Shown here piece by piece: positions 27,701 to 37,691 of a stretch of 64,000 nucleotides of DNA (positions are counted from its first letter, which is position 1; each line of letters starts with the position of its first letter). The translations under genes and the position numbers were made by a program. The DNA is from a virus, in IMG/VR virus record IMGVR_UViG_3300024581_003238, positions 1 through 64,000 of that record; one strand, 5' to 3'. Below the pieces are notes generated by a model, which was not told the DNA's origin, made no database searches, and worked only from the letters and a program-made list of their open reading frames with translations.

Positions 27701-30482
27701 CTATTCTAGTGTTTATCATCAAATAGTCAATGGGTATCTTTATTATGATGTGTCGGACACAACGTCCGCATCGTTTGAAAGTACTATTACAAACGGTATT
27801 CTACAATTGAGGTCATTTAATGCCTTTGGTTTCAAGTACTACAATTCTTTTGTAGATAACAGTCAATTCGTGGGTGGTGAAAAGAAATATACAATTCTAC
27901 CGTCTCACGGAGCGATGGTAAGGTCAGGTAATCAAGATAATTTTTATAATCCATATTCTGAAGATTATAATATAACGGAACAATATAACTTCATTGTTGA
28001 TTGGACTCAACCGCATGAATCAGAATTTGCATATAGTGGAACTACATTCCCACCTTACAACCAATACTTAAGTAGGAATTCAAGTTATAGTTCACCACAA
28101 CTAAATACGATTAACGATTCAAATAAAAAAGTCATTGATTTAATTGCCACATTCTCCCCAATGATATTGGATGAGTTTGAAGATGCATTCTTAAAGTTTG
28201 CTAGTGAAAAGGTGGAGACCTATCAAACAACAAAACAATATGAGTCGGTATCTTATGATAAGTTCCAAGACTTATTAAAGGATTTAGTGACTGTTGATAA
28301 GGAAGATGGGGACGATTTGACAAATGAACATTTCAAAATAGTGATTAGGTCTCGACAAAATGAAAAATTTAAATACATAACAAAACAACTAACAAGTAAT
28401 GATAACTTAATACAGTTAACAATATCTAACCCAAAAGATCTAAACTTAAAATCAATAAGGTCTTATGTCGGACTAAGTCCAAGAACATATGGGGGGTCAT
28501 ACGATTCATCACAAATAACGAATAATTCAAAATATATAGAATTGTATTTGGGTGAAGATATGGACGGTTATTATGGTGAGTTTTTTGCAATAAGTGATAT
28601 TGAACTTAGTGAAGAAAATGTTTTAGAAAATAGATCTTTGGCGTACATATACGCAGGGTATAGAAAAGGTGGTGGACTTAATAGTAAAACTGATTTTATA
28701 GATTACTTAAACCAAAATTTAGTAACCCCACACAGTCAAAGAGAATCGGATTTCTTAACATACTTGTTGAGTAATATAACAACATTAAAAAGATTAAAAG
28801 ATAATAACGACACGTTAAGTATTATTAAAAGTTTTGGTATGGACCCTCTGAAGTTGGAAACGTATAGTGTATTTAAACTATTCAACGACAGGTGGTCATC
28901 AGGTAATTCTATTGGACAAAGGTTACTAATGGAAGAGTTTTTATTTTTAGATAAGGCGAATAAAGATATTGGTGATGACCTATTTTATGATATAAAGAGG
29001 TTAGAGGCGTTTGGTCTACCTGAAAGTCAAAATTTAAAACTATATAATGTGATTTCTCAGATGCTATCTAGAAATAATTTAGATTTCAGACCATTACCCG
29101 CATACGTCAACTTCTATGGTAATCGTTCGGGTAAAACTAAAGTAAAAAAGTCTGAAGAGGTTGCTTCACTATTGTTTGGTAAATTTTTAGATGTGGATAT
29201 TGAACACTCTACCCCAAAGATGATTGTACAATATGTTGGAAGACCATCAGCACATATTAATACTGAAACGATTAGTGAGGAATATAAATTTAAAGACGAT
29301 ACGTTTAATGTGGGTGATGTAAATAACAATCCCGTATTAATTACAGACCCCAACTACTTTGAACAAGAGAATTTTAAAAACTCAAATAAGGTGGTTGCGT
29401 TTGAAGTTAGTTTTGGTGATCAAAACCAAGGAATGTTTAAGTCAGTATCATTAGACCAATCACAATTTAAAGAAACTTTTGAAAGTAATCTCGCATTAGA
29501 AAGAACAGCGAGATCAGAATCGGGTTCGGGTGTTGCACAAGTTAGTACTAATTTATATGACATATATAAGGTAAGGTCTTATGAATGTACTGTTGAGTGT
29601 ATGGGAAATGTAATGATCCAACCCACAATGTATTTCCAACTTAAAAATGTTCCATTATTTGAGGGAGCGTATTGGATTGTGGAAGTAAACCACCGTATTG
29701 AGAATAATAGTATCCAAACTAGTTTTAAAGGTGTTAGAATGCCAAGGGCTAGTTTACCCAACCCTAAAGAATCTTTTACTGCGTCTTATAGAATAATGTA
29801 TGATAAAATAATGAAGAGTGCGTTATCTAAAATTGAATCAACTAAAAAGGTGGACACATCAGAAATAGTATCAACACCTAAAGGTAATTTTAAAACTGAT
29901 CGTGGACCAAATAAAATAGATAACGAGGTTTTATTAAAACAAACAGGACTCAGTTCATTTGGGATTCCATACAATGGGTTTAAAGGTAATGTTACAATTC
30001 AAAAAATACGTTATAAAGAAAAGGATGTGTGGTTTAGGACAATAGTTACTAAGTTCGATGGACCAACAAACACGAATATGTCTTTACCAACACATGTGTC
30101 GTCCGATATAGTTGTAAAACCAACTAAAGTACCTTTTACTGAGATAGAAGAAAATAGCACATATTTCTATAGATTAGATTTTTATAGACCTCAGATGAGT
30201 AAAAAACAAGGTACTTCACCTGCACAGGTGTCTGATTACCTATTAACTGCATCAACAACAACATTCTTTAATCCTAAAAACGGAATACGTAAGGACATTG
30301 TAGCAAGTTCTAATTTAGACACAACTAATGGGGCGAGATTTATAGAAGGACCTGCGGATGAGGGGAGATCGACACTAACAAAGAACGGAAGTACTGTGAA
30401 TAGTGGAATGGCATTATCAAAACAATTAATGAAGGATTTAAAACTACAAGAAGGTGATGTTATATATTTTAATATTCGATAA
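24765..30482 (+). CDS. Very large baseplate hub protein (gp27/VgrG-like fold with large insertions)
   Basis: Follows the LysM gene; C-terminal CTVECMGNVMIQP.MYFQL.NVPLFEGAY.I.EVNH.I....TSFKGVR is typical of hub proteins. Confidence 0.6.
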   Translation: MATNDTTNSENILVKVNQNNLVYIDPNSVESNGVIEPRGTNHENLVYYINLEADLVPRTTLNSNNAGGGNLTSIAKGTLNLLQNKDGEYLDTSWTELYTDQPKNPDKEGIYEPNSDSSGQSFGMTSVSIEVRGVNFVPVVNIGFVDVRGKTLFESPKNSPYKSFFHLPWPIFYLTVKGYYGKAIRYRLHLVNFNTSYNAGNGNFESTGKFVGSTYAYLNDISLTSILNAPYMYGIEIPKVKKTNDGKEESTVQLSKTSRGYQTLLSVYQEYRRKGLITIPEDVNPTLRELISKSKKLDQLLEKSIFGESGIVDMKLFGLVKEFDDVLVEFLGAVKAWKTRYLVSDSITPDSESNIKYYFLSKDQSSKDGNRNSTKNILGPNSGTLESILKSKNLKIKKVQQSIKELLKKSKKEFKSFNVNVKNRTDQVKTYMHFTQEGKIGIAHDLLIDHIAEIFNSFNQEKKKLQDKVEEEMNKIIKTKGNGGLGFEPTIRNVFGVVLAGADTYIRLMQNVHFRAYNVRDQKRKLLQGFESETTSEGPVYPWPEVNKVSADQDKVLAYPADPDLVRKLNSDNATLWPEVEFVEEYIKVSQRISDNLAEKEKTFDKVTFEFENSDPNETDIKKVSEINSLTHVIPYSDKTLASLFFEIAERARYTTLFDSFDGGTTIHELANQEFLTLKKMVEEDFFVVDILKRATTLRELQSLMQSFSPFERQPYFDDGIATVPYISDNINEPYKITDYKSEDEDQKDSANMSDEYPKLSDNLTNYDVEDYRLKMYPFNSDTYLGYIDKTNFTKNEINLKNTFQVDTSKGFIRTPIDIESWSLEKENLFNSYYSFFTIGDGNNDKISGILNTPYFHKSLFEDFFGTNSFGKYKKSAYLLLNSLPYHDLDRQIEFTKGNKVTLSNLFKEVGSTHFIPYHLMLKWGSIYHRYKTMILDGVDILDGVTTPIDGGLFFDTNQNLTFSGITRSDQTDIGLHPYYSSVYHQIVNGYLYYDVSDTTSASFESTITNGILQLRSFNAFGFKYYNSFVDNSQFVGGEKKYTILPSHGAMVRSGNQDNFYNPYSEDYNITEQYNFIVDWTQPHESEFAYSGTTFPPYNQYLSRNSSYSSPQLNTINDSNKKVIDLIATFSPMILDEFEDAFLKFASEKVETYQTTKQYESVSYDKFQDLLKDLVTVDKEDGDDLTNEHFKIVIRSRQNEKFKYITKQLTSNDNLIQLTISNPKDLNLKSIRSYVGLSPRTYGGSYDSSQITNNSKYIELYLGEDMDGYYGEFFAISDIELSEENVLENRSLAYIYAGYRKGGGLNSKTDFIDYLNQNLVTPHSQRESDFLTYLLSNITTLKRLKDNNDTLSIIKSFGMDPLKLETYSVFKLFNDRWSSGNSIGQRLLMEEFLFLDKANKDIGDDLFYDIKRLEAFGLPESQNLKLYNVISQMLSRNNLDFRPLPAYVNFYGNRSGKTKVKKSEEVASLLFGKFLDVDIEHSTPKMIVQYVGRPSAHINTETISEEYKFKDDTFNVGDVNNNPVLITDPNYFEQENFKNSNKVVAFEVSFGDQNQGMFKSVSLDQSQFKETFESNLALERTARSESGSGVAQVSTNLYDIYKVRSYECTVECMGNVMIQPTMYFQLKNVPLFEGAYWIVEVNHRIENNSIQTSFKGVRMPRASLPNPKESFTASYRIMYDKIMKSALSKIESTKKVDTSEIVSTPKGNFKTDRGPNKIDNEVLLKQTGLSSFGIPYNGFKGNVTIQKIRYKEKDVWFRTIVTKFDGPTNTNMSLPTHVSSDIVVKPTKVPFTEIEENSTYFYRLDFYRPQMSKKQGTSPAQVSDYLLTASTTTFFNPKNGIRKDIVASSNLDTTNGARFIEGPADEGRSTLTKNGSTVNSGMALSKQLMKDLKLQEGDVIYFNIR

Positions 30483-30528
30483 AACGGATAATTAATAAAA
30501 ACTTGATATTTATAATAAAAAGAATATT

Positions 30529-30732
30529 ATGGACAATATTAAAATAGGATCTGCAATTGACGGTTTTTTAGGTAATAAAACGGTTAAAAACCTTAATGAA
30601 GAGGGTACAGAACAAGAAGTTTGTGATATGAACACGGGCGAATGTTATACCATTAAGAGTAAAGATGGTCTCGTTGAGAGAATTAATAAAAAATATATTA
30701 CCGAAGACGGTAGACAATTATTAAGAGATTAA
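30529..30732 (+). CDS. Small hypothetical late protein (67 aa)
   Basis: ORF preceded by TATTTAT at 30507; contains CDMNTGEC. Confidence 0.7.
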   Translation: MDNIKIGSAIDGFLGNKTVKNLNEEGTEQEVCDMNTGECYTIKSKDGLVERINKKYITEDGRQLLRD

Positions 30733-30735
30733 AAG

Positions 30736-31386
30736 ATGAAATTAGAACAGAAACTACACGAAGAATTAATGAGACACCGTAGTATTAACAACTATGGTAA
30801 AGAATTAATTAAAGAACAAGAAGAAGAACCGATTGACGATATCCCTGCGGAAGAACCAACAGGAGACGCACCAATTGATGATCTTCCTGCCGACGATATT
30901 GGGGGAGACGATCTTCCTGAAATTCCTGCAGATGACGTTTCTGATACTGATGAAGCAGACGTTGAGGAAGTTGACATTACAGATTTAGTCAACATGACAC
31001 AAAATATTAAAAATGATTTAGACGCATCCAAAAGTAATAACGATCAAGTTATGGGAAAAATGGGTGATTTATTTTCAAAATTAGATGATTTAGAAAGTAA
31101 ACTATCTCAAATGGATAACGTAATTAGTAAAATAGAAAATCTCGAACATAAGGTGGAGGATATGAAAGAACCAACACCACAAGAAAGACTTGAAATGAGA
31201 TCTTTAGATTCATACCCTTTCAATCAAAACCCTTCTGAATTCTTTTCACAAAAACAACTTGATATGAAGGCGAGTGGTAAAAATGAGTATGTTATTACAA
31301 AACAAGATGTCAAAGATTATAATCAAGGAGAGATGAGAGATTCTTTCAATTTAGAAAAATCAGACGAAAATGAAGTTGAGTGGTAA
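30736..31386 (+). CDS. Acidic coiled-coil hypothetical protein
   Basis: D/E/P-rich linker followed by heptads LFSKLDDLESKLSQMD. Confidence 0.7.
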   Translation: MKLEQKLHEELMRHRSINNYGKELIKEQEEEPIDDIPAEEPTGDAPIDDLPADDIGGDDLPEIPADDVSDTDEADVEEVDITDLVNMTQNIKNDLDASKSNNDQVMGKMGDLFSKLDDLESKLSQMDNVISKIENLEHKVEDMKEPTPQERLEMRSLDSYPFNQNPSEFFSQKQLDMKASGKNEYVITKQDVKDYNQGEMRDSFNLEKSDENEVEW

Positions 31387-31735
31387 TATAAAATTCTTTT
31401 TAGAATTACAATCTCAACTAAAAGTACTTCATTGGCAGACTAAGAGTTATGCTAAACACCAAGCGTTTGGTGAAACATATGACAAGTTAGATGAAATCAT
31501 TGATTTATTTGTTGAAGTATCAATAGGTAAACATGGAAGATTTACATTGTCTGATGAGGATCGTGTTTTAAATATCAATAATTTACAAGATATCGATTTG
31601 GTGTCAATGATTAAGGTGGCGTCTGAAGTAATATCAGAAATTGAAATTGATGAAAAGGACACCGATCTTTTAAATCTTAGAGATGAGATACTCACAGAAG
31701 TTAGTAAACTATCTTATTTACTGACACTTAGGTAA
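31370..31735 (+). CDS. Ferritin/Dps-like four-helix protein (DUF5856-like)
   Basis: LHWQT.SYA.H.AFG..YD.L...D.FVE...GK.G and C-terminal NLRDEIL....KL.YLLTL. Confidence 0.75.
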   Translation: MKLSGNIKFFLELQSQLKVLHWQTKSYAKHQAFGETYDKLDEIIDLFVEVSIGKHGRFTLSDEDRVLNINNLQDIDLVSMIKVASEVISEIEIDEKDTDLLNLRDEILTEVSKLSYLLTLR

Positions 31736-31775
31736 GAATTATATAAAATATTTACGTTTTTGAAGACTAAGGGGG

Positions 31776-31806
31776 TTGACTCTTGGTCTTTTTTTATGTA
31801 TCTTTT
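31776..31806 (+). promoter_or_regulatory. Host-RNAP-type promoter for the replication operon (TTGACT-17-TATCTTTT)
   Basis: TTGACT 31776-81 and TATCTT 31799-804 upstream of the SSB ATG. Confidence 0.6.
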
Positions 31807-31838
31807 TGTATAACATTAATAAATTAAAATTTAAAATT

Positions 31839-32696
31839 ATGAAAGGTTCAATTGACGCGATTTTATCTCAATATGAGAAAAACACGCAACCAGCCGCGGG
31901 CGGCAACAAGTATTCATCTGAAGAACGTTTAAAGAAGTACTTTACAACGATTCTTCCTAAAGGGACTCAGTCAGGACAAAAGAGAATTAGAATTCTACCA
32001 ACAACTGACGGAACTAGTCCATTCAAAGAGATTGCATTTCACGAAGTGCAGGTAGACGGAAAGTGGTTAAAACTTTATGACCCATCACAAGATGGAGACG
32101 AATCTCCTTTAAATGAGGTTAGAGAAAGTTTATTAGCGACAGGAAGTGAAGAAGATAAAATCTTGGCGAGAAATTATAGAGCGAAAAAATTCTATATAGT
32201 AAAAGTTATCGATAGAGATAACGAGCAAGATGGTCCAAAGTTTTGGAGATTCAAACACAATTACAAAGGTGACGGGAATTTAGATAAGATCATTCCTATC
32301 ATTAGAAGTAAGGGTGATATTACCGATCTTGTTGAAGGTAGAGATTTAATTTTATCATTGGCGGTTACTAAAGCGAACAATGGTAGAGAATATACTACTA
32401 TCAATTCTATTATTCAGGAAGATAAATCAGCATTACATACTGATCCTGAAGTTACAAACGAATGGGTTAACGATCCACAAACGTGGAGAGACGTTTACTC
32501 AGTAAAACCAATTGAGTATTTGAAATTAGTTGCATTGGGTGAGAATCCTGTTTGGGATAAAGAATCCAAAAAATTTGTTTCAAGTGTAGTTGGTGAGGTA
32601 GATCTTGGAGGTACATCAACTGTAACTCCTAAAGTTGAGGTTGAAGATCCGCAAATTACTGCGACGACAACAACAGACGACGAACTACCATTTTAA
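31839..32696 (+). CDS. Single-stranded DNA-binding protein (T4 gp32-like)
   Basis: IRILP, FHEV, FYIVKVIDR, ITDL.EGRDL and acidic C-tail DDELPF; ATG 31839. Confidence 0.85.
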   Translation: MKGSIDAILSQYEKNTQPAAGGNKYSSEERLKKYFTTILPKGTQSGQKRIRILPTTDGTSPFKEIAFHEVQVDGKWLKLYDPSQDGDESPLNEVRESLLATGSEEDKILARNYRAKKFYIVKVIDRDNEQDGPKFWRFKHNYKGDGNLDKIIPIIRSKGDITDLVEGRDLILSLAVTKANNGREYTTINSIIQEDKSALHTDPEVTNEWVNDPQTWRDVYSVKPIEYLKLVALGENPVWDKESKKFVSSVVGEVDLGGTSTVTPKVEVEDPQITATTTTDDELPF

Positions 32697-32703
32697 TTAA
32701 CTA

Positions 32704-32781
32704 GGACCCACCCGAAAATTATTGATAGGTAACTATCTGGTGGAGCTACAAACCGATTAGTCGGTCCCTATGGGTGGGTCC
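32704..32781 (+). ncRNA. Candidate structured RNA element between SSB and recA
   Basis: Perfect 10-bp closing stem GGACCCACCC/GGGTGGGTCC enclosing hairpins GATAG-GTAA-CTATC and ACCGA-TTAG-TCGGT. Confidence 0.45.
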
Positions 32782-32796
32782 ATTTTAAAACAAAAT

Positions 32797-33792
32797 ATGG
32801 CAATTAAAAAGAAAGATTTTAAAAGTATTAAATCAAAGTTTTCAAAACAGGCAAAGTTTAAGTCTGATAAATTCTTTGATTTAGGAGATGCGTTTTTAGA
32901 CGCTACAGGTTTACCGGGTCCGGCAATGGGTCATATCAATATGTTTTTAGGACATTCAGATACAGGTAAAACAACGGCACTTGTAAAAACTGCGGTTGAT
33001 GCTCAGAAAAAAGGTGTTCTACCTGTTTTTGTTATTACAGAACAAAAATGGGACTTTCCTCACGCAAAACTCATGGGTCTTGATGTAGAAGAAATAGTGG
33101 ACGAAGAAACAGGAGAAATAGAATATGATGGATTCTTCCTTTTTAATAATGAGTTCCAATATATAGAACAAATAACTGATTACATCAACGAACTAATCGA
33201 TGCACAACAAAAAGGTGAGATTGAATATGATTTACTTTTCCTTTGGGATTCAGTTGGTTCTGTACCGTGTAAGATGACTTTCGATGGTAAAGGTGGTAAA
33301 CAACATAATGCATCCACTTTAGCTGACAAAATCGGTATGGGATTAAACCAAAGAATTTCGGGTTCAAGAAGAGTAGATTCTAAATACACTAACACTTTGG
33401 TTATTGTGAATCAACCTTGGGTTGAACTACCCGATAATCCTTTCAGTCAACCTAAAATTAAAGCAAAGGGTGGTGAATCGATTTGGTTAAATTCTACACT
33501 TGTATTTAGATACGGTAATCAGAAAAACGCAGGAACTAATCCTATCTCGGCAGTTAAAGATAAGAGAAAGGTAAAGTTCGCTACGAGAACAAAGATTTCT
33601 ATTATGAAGAACCACGTAAATGGTCTTGGTTATGAAGATGGTAGAATCATTGTAACAGCACACGGATTCCTTAAAGGTAAAGACAGTGCTGAAGAGAAAA
33701 AGTCATTGGAAAAGTACAAGTCTGAACATGCAGAATTTTGGAAAAACCAATTAGGTATTGAAGGGGACTTTGATATTAGAGAAGAAGAATAG
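32797..33792 (+). CDS. recA: RecA/UvsX-like recombinase
   Basis: Walker A GHSDTGKT, Walker B LFLWDSVG, IVNQ, KGG, KNHV; ATG 32797. Confidence 0.88.
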   Translation: MAIKKKDFKSIKSKFSKQAKFKSDKFFDLGDAFLDATGLPGPAMGHINMFLGHSDTGKTTALVKTAVDAQKKGVLPVFVITEQKWDFPHAKLMGLDVEEIVDEETGEIEYDGFFLFNNEFQYIEQITDYINELIDAQQKGEIEYDLLFLWDSVGSVPCKMTFDGKGGKQHNASTLADKIGMGLNQRISGSRRVDSKYTNTLVIVNQPWVELPDNPFSQPKIKAKGGESIWLNSTLVFRYGNQKNAGTNPISAVKDKRKVKFATRTKISIMKNHVNGLGYEDGRIIVTAHGFLKGKDSAEEKKSLEKYKSEHAEFWKNQLGIEGDFDIREEE

Positions 33793-33817
33793 ATTGTTGA
33801 ACCTATAAAGGTTAAAA

Positions 33818-34834
33818 ATGTCAGTACTATTAGTAGACGGAGATAACTTACTTACTATCGGATTTTATGGAGTAAAAAATTACTTCTATAAGGGTGATCA
33901 TATTGGAGGAATATACCATTTCATCAATACTCTTAGAAAATCTTTTGAACTTTATAGGTTAGACAAAATCGTAGTCTTTTGGGACGGAGAAGATGGGTCT
34001 GCAACTCGAAAAAAGATGTATCACAGATACAAAGAAAATCGTAGACAAAGAATTCGTACAGATAAAGAAAAAGAATCCTACACAAGACAAAGACGAAGAG
34101 TACAACAATACTTGGAAGAGTTATATGTTAGACAAGGGGAGTTTGAATTTTGTGAAACAGATGACTGTATTGCGTATTATTCACAACAGTCAGAAGAGAA
34201 TACTATTGTTTATTCTTCTGATGGTGACTTGGCACAGTTAGTTTCAGACACTACAAAGGTATATAACCCATCTCACAGAAGACTTTACGAACAAAATGAT
34301 ACAATACTATACGAACACCAAGAAATACACATACAGAACGTTAAAATCGTAAAGATAGTATGTGGTGACAGATCCGATAATATTGCGGGTATCAAAAACA
34401 TGGGTATTAAGAAATTCTTAAAACTTTTTCCTGAAATAAAGGATAGACCAATAACACTTGAAGAGGTGATTGAAAAATCTAATAAAATGTTTGAGGAAGA
34501 TAAGTATAATAACACCATTAAGAATTTACTTACGGGTGTCACAAAATACGGAGTTTTTGGTGAAGAGTTTTTTAACCTGAATGAAAGCATTGTAAGTTTA
34601 GACCAACCGTTTCTCACAGATGATGCGAGAGAAACAATCACCGACCTCATACACGAAAAATTGGATCCCGAAGGAAGGTCCTATAAAAACACGATGAAGA
34701 TGATGATGGAAGATGGGATATTTACTGTCCTACCTAAATCGGATGATGCGTGGATAAAATTCCTTAATCCCTTTTTACGATTAACACGTAAAGAGAAAAA
34801 TAAAAGAGTGATAAAAATTAAAACAAATGAGTAA
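33818..34834 (+). CDS. 5'-3' exonuclease / flap endonuclease (T4 RNase H / PolI N-terminal-like)
   Basis: LLVDGDNL, VFWDG, YKENR, ETDDCIA, SSDGDLAQL, GDRSDNIAGIK.MG.K. Confidence 0.93.
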   Translation: MSVLLVDGDNLLTIGFYGVKNYFYKGDHIGGIYHFINTLRKSFELYRLDKIVVFWDGEDGSATRKKMYHRYKENRRQRIRTDKEKESYTRQRRRVQQYLEELYVRQGEFEFCETDDCIAYYSQQSEENTIVYSSDGDLAQLVSDTTKVYNPSHRRLYEQNDTILYEHQEIHIQNVKIVKIVCGDRSDNIAGIKNMGIKKFLKLFPEIKDRPITLEEVIEKSNKMFEEDKYNNTIKNLLTGVTKYGVFGEEFFNLNESIVSLDQPFLTDDARETITDLIHEKLDPEGRSYKNTMKMMMEDGIFTVLPKSDDAWIKFLNPFLRLTRKEKNKRVIKIKTNE

Positions 34835-35279
34835 CAACGAAACTACTAAACTAGAATTTTTGCTAACCTTGAACGGAAATATTATCTGTCAAAGGTTCTT
34901 TAATGTGAGAGGTTATAATCCTAAAGTTAAAAAATCTTTAGATCTTCATTACAATGTAAAAAATATTTGTGAAGAAATTGAAGAAAATTTGAAACAAAAA
35001 ACTTTGGAATATCTCCATTCCAATCAACATTATTTTCCTGTTTTCGACCCTTTAAACAATGAAGGTCCAGACCCAGATGAATACTTCCAAGTAGAGATTA
35101 AGCAAAATGACGATGTATTTATTTCAAGAACATTCCCTGCGCATATTTATCATCCTAAGGTGAGATATTCGGTGGATATTCGTCCGATCTTAAGAAGAAT
35201 TCTTGGAGAACTAAGTGAGACCTTTTCTTCTGTAGATATAACAACAAAATATATGAATTATAATTTAACAACAAACTAA
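34827..35279 (+). CDS. Hypothetical protein in the replication operon
   Basis: 150-aa ORF overlapping the exonuclease stop and directly before the helicase. Confidence 0.7.
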   Translation: MSNNETTKLEFLLTLNGNIICQRFFNVRGYNPKVKKSLDLHYNVKNICEEIEENLKQKTLEYLHSNQHYFPVFDPLNNEGPDPDEYFQVEIKQNDDVFISRTFPAHIYHPKVRYSVDIRPILRRILGELSETFSSVDITTKYMNYNLTTN

Positions 35280-35286
35280 AGTAACT

Positions 35287-36678
35287 ATGAATGAGATGAA
35301 CTTCGGAAAGTTGGGTAACCAATTCCAACAAGCACTAATTAAATCAATAATAGAAGACCCAAAATATGGGGAACAAATATTAGAAGTTTTAGAAAGTAGG
35401 TACTTTGATAATAATTCATTTAAGTATATTATAACTCACATAAAAGAGTTACAAGAACATTACAAATCTGTTCCTAACTACGAGACATTAAAACAAAAAA
35501 TAATGTCTGAAACTTCGGGTAATGCTTTGGCGGCAAAATTACATGGGGAAACACTATCGGCAATTGAAGAACTGGATGAGATTGTTATGGGTGAAACGTA
35601 TGTTAAAGACACCGCACTTAATTTTTGTAAACAACAAAATTTAAGAAAAACAATGACTGACGCTTTAAAAATCATTGAAAAAGGTGATTTTGAAAACTAT
35701 GATAAAATATCCGAAATGGTAAATGAGTCATTACAAGTTGGTGCGAGTGACGATGATATCTTCGATGTGTTCGATGATATTGATAATTCTTTAGATATTG
35801 ATCCAAGAGTACCGATACCGACAGGAATTGATGGTATTGACAACTTACTTAAAGGTGGTATTGGAGTTGGTGAATTGGGAATGATTTTAGCACCGACAGG
35901 TATTGGTAAATCAACAATACTGTCAAAGTTTGCCAACACCGCGGCAAACACGGGACACAATGTACTTCAAATATTTTTTGAAGATTCTTTACAACAAATT
36001 AGACAAAAACATTTCACTTGTTGGTCCGGTTTAAGTACTGATGAACAAGTTGAATCACAAGAAAATAAAGATTTTACTATTCAGAGAGCAAAAGAAGTAG
36101 CATCTGGTGAAAACTTCGGAGGTCTTAGAATAATTAGAATGCAAAATAAAAATACCACTGTTAGTGATATCAAAAGAAAAATCTTAAAGTTACAATCTCA
36201 AGGGTACAAGACAGATTTACTTGTCATTGACTATGTAGATTGTATGATAGCTGATAGAACTAAGGGGTATGATGAAGAATGGAAAGGTGAAGGTTCTGTA
36301 ATTAGACATTTAGATGCTATGTGTCACGATCTTAACATTGCGGTATGGACGGCATCACAAGGTAATAGAAGTTCAATTTCTGCAGATATTGTGAACGTAG
36401 ATGATATGGGTGGTTCAATCCAAAAGGCACAAACGGCACATATTATTATTTCTGTGGCTAAGAGTTTAGAACAAAAAGAAAATAAGACGGCTAATATAAG
36501 TTTAATTAAGTCGCGAGTTGGTAGAGACGGTGTGAACTTTAACAACTGTAAATTCGATAACGAATATATGGATATCGACGTAACGGAACAAGAAACCCTT
36601 TTGGGACACTCAATGAGAAAACAAGAGGAGGGTATTAATCGTGCGGCTGAGATCTATAAGAAAACACACAACATATAA
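35287..36678 (+). CDS. dnaB: Replicative DnaB-like helicase
   Basis: IPTGI.GID, Walker A APTGIGKS, LVIDYVD, WTASQGNR, KSR.G.DG. Confidence 0.92.
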   Translation: MNEMNFGKLGNQFQQALIKSIIEDPKYGEQILEVLESRYFDNNSFKYIITHIKELQEHYKSVPNYETLKQKIMSETSGNALAAKLHGETLSAIEELDEIVMGETYVKDTALNFCKQQNLRKTMTDALKIIEKGDFENYDKISEMVNESLQVGASDDDIFDVFDDIDNSLDIDPRVPIPTGIDGIDNLLKGGIGVGELGMILAPTGIGKSTILSKFANTAANTGHNVLQIFFEDSLQQIRQKHFTCWSGLSTDEQVESQENKDFTIQRAKEVASGENFGGLRIIRMQNKNTTVSDIKRKILKLQSQGYKTDLLVIDYVDCMIADRTKGYDEEWKGEGSVIRHLDAMCHDLNIAVWTASQGNRSSISADIVNVDDMGGSIQKAQTAHIIISVAKSLEQKENKTANISLIKSRVGRDGVNFNNCKFDNEYMDIDVTEQETLLGHSMRKQEEGINRAAEIYKKTHNI

Positions 36679-36704
36679 TTTAATAAACTAATAAATTTTT
36701 AAAA

Positions 36705-37679
36705 ATGAGCGAAAAGATTTTACAAGAAAATCCAGGACGTTTTGTCCTCTTTCCTATCGAACATCACGATATTTGGAAATATTATAAACAACAAGAAGCG
36801 TCTTTTTGGACTGCGGAAGAGATAGATTTGGCACAAGATGTGTCGGATTGGGCCAATAAACTTAACGATGATGAAAAACATTTCGTTAAACATGTATTGG
36901 CATTTTTTGCTGCGTCTGACGGTATTGTTAATGAAAATTTGGCAGAAAACTTTGTGAATGAAGTTCAGTATACTGAGGCGAAATTCTTTTATGGTTTTCA
37001 AATTGCGATGGAAAATATCCATAGTGAAACCTATTCTCTTTTAATTGATACCTACATTAAAGATAAAGAAGAACAGAATAAATTATTTAATGCGATCGAA
37101 ACAATACCCGCGATTAAGAAAAAGGCGGATTGGGCACTTAAATGGATTGAATCTGATTCATTCGCAGAGAGACTTATTGCGTTCGCCGCAGTAGAAGGTA
37201 TCTTCTTTTCAGGATCATTTTGTTCAATCTTTTGGCTTAAAAAACGTGGTTTAATGCCGGGGTTAACTTTCTCTAATGAACTTATCTCAAGAGATGAGGG
37301 ATTACACTGTGATTTTGCATGTCATTTATATAATGAACATATCTCTAAAAAATTGACTAAAACACGAATCAAAGAAATTATTCTTTCGGCGTTAGAGATT
37401 GAAAAGGAATTTATTTTGGAGGCACTACCAGTTAGATTAATTGGTATGAACTCTGAACTTATGTCACAATACTTAGAATTTGTTACAGATAGACTACTCG
37501 ACTCTTTAGGTGTTGCGAAACACTTTAAATCGGAGAATCCATTTGATTTTATGCAAAACATTGCCTTACAAGGTAAAACTAACTTCTTTGAAAAAAGAGT
37601 TGCAGAATACCAAAAGGCGGGAGTAAATAACGACACCGAAGAAGATTTAAATTCTGCGTTCGGAGATATGGATTTTTAA
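36705..37679 (+). CDS. nrdB: Ribonucleotide reductase class Ia beta subunit
   Basis: [51 protein letters not shown]. Confidence 0.97.
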   Translation: MSEKILQENPGRFVLFPIEHHDIWKYYKQQEASFWTAEEIDLAQDVSDWANKLNDDEKHFVKHVLAFFAASDGIVNENLAENFVNEVQYTEAKFFYGFQIAMENIHSETYSLLIDTYIKDKEEQNKLFNAIETIPAIKKKADWALKWIESDSFAERLIAFAAVEGIFFSGSFCSIFWLKKRGLMPGLTFSNELISRDEGLHCDFACHLYNEHISKKLTKTRIKEIILSALEIEKEFILEALPVRLIGMNSELMSQYLEFVTDRLLDSLGVAKHFKSENPFDFMQNIALQGKTNFFEKRVAEYQKAGVNNDTEEDLNSAFGDMDF

Positions 37680-37691
37680 ATACGAGTACTG

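Noticed and set aside
32704-32782. tRNA or hammerhead reading of the structured element (ends in CCA, contains GAAA)
   Set aside because: No T-loop, D-loop or anticodon arm, and no CUGANGA core in the correct arrangement.
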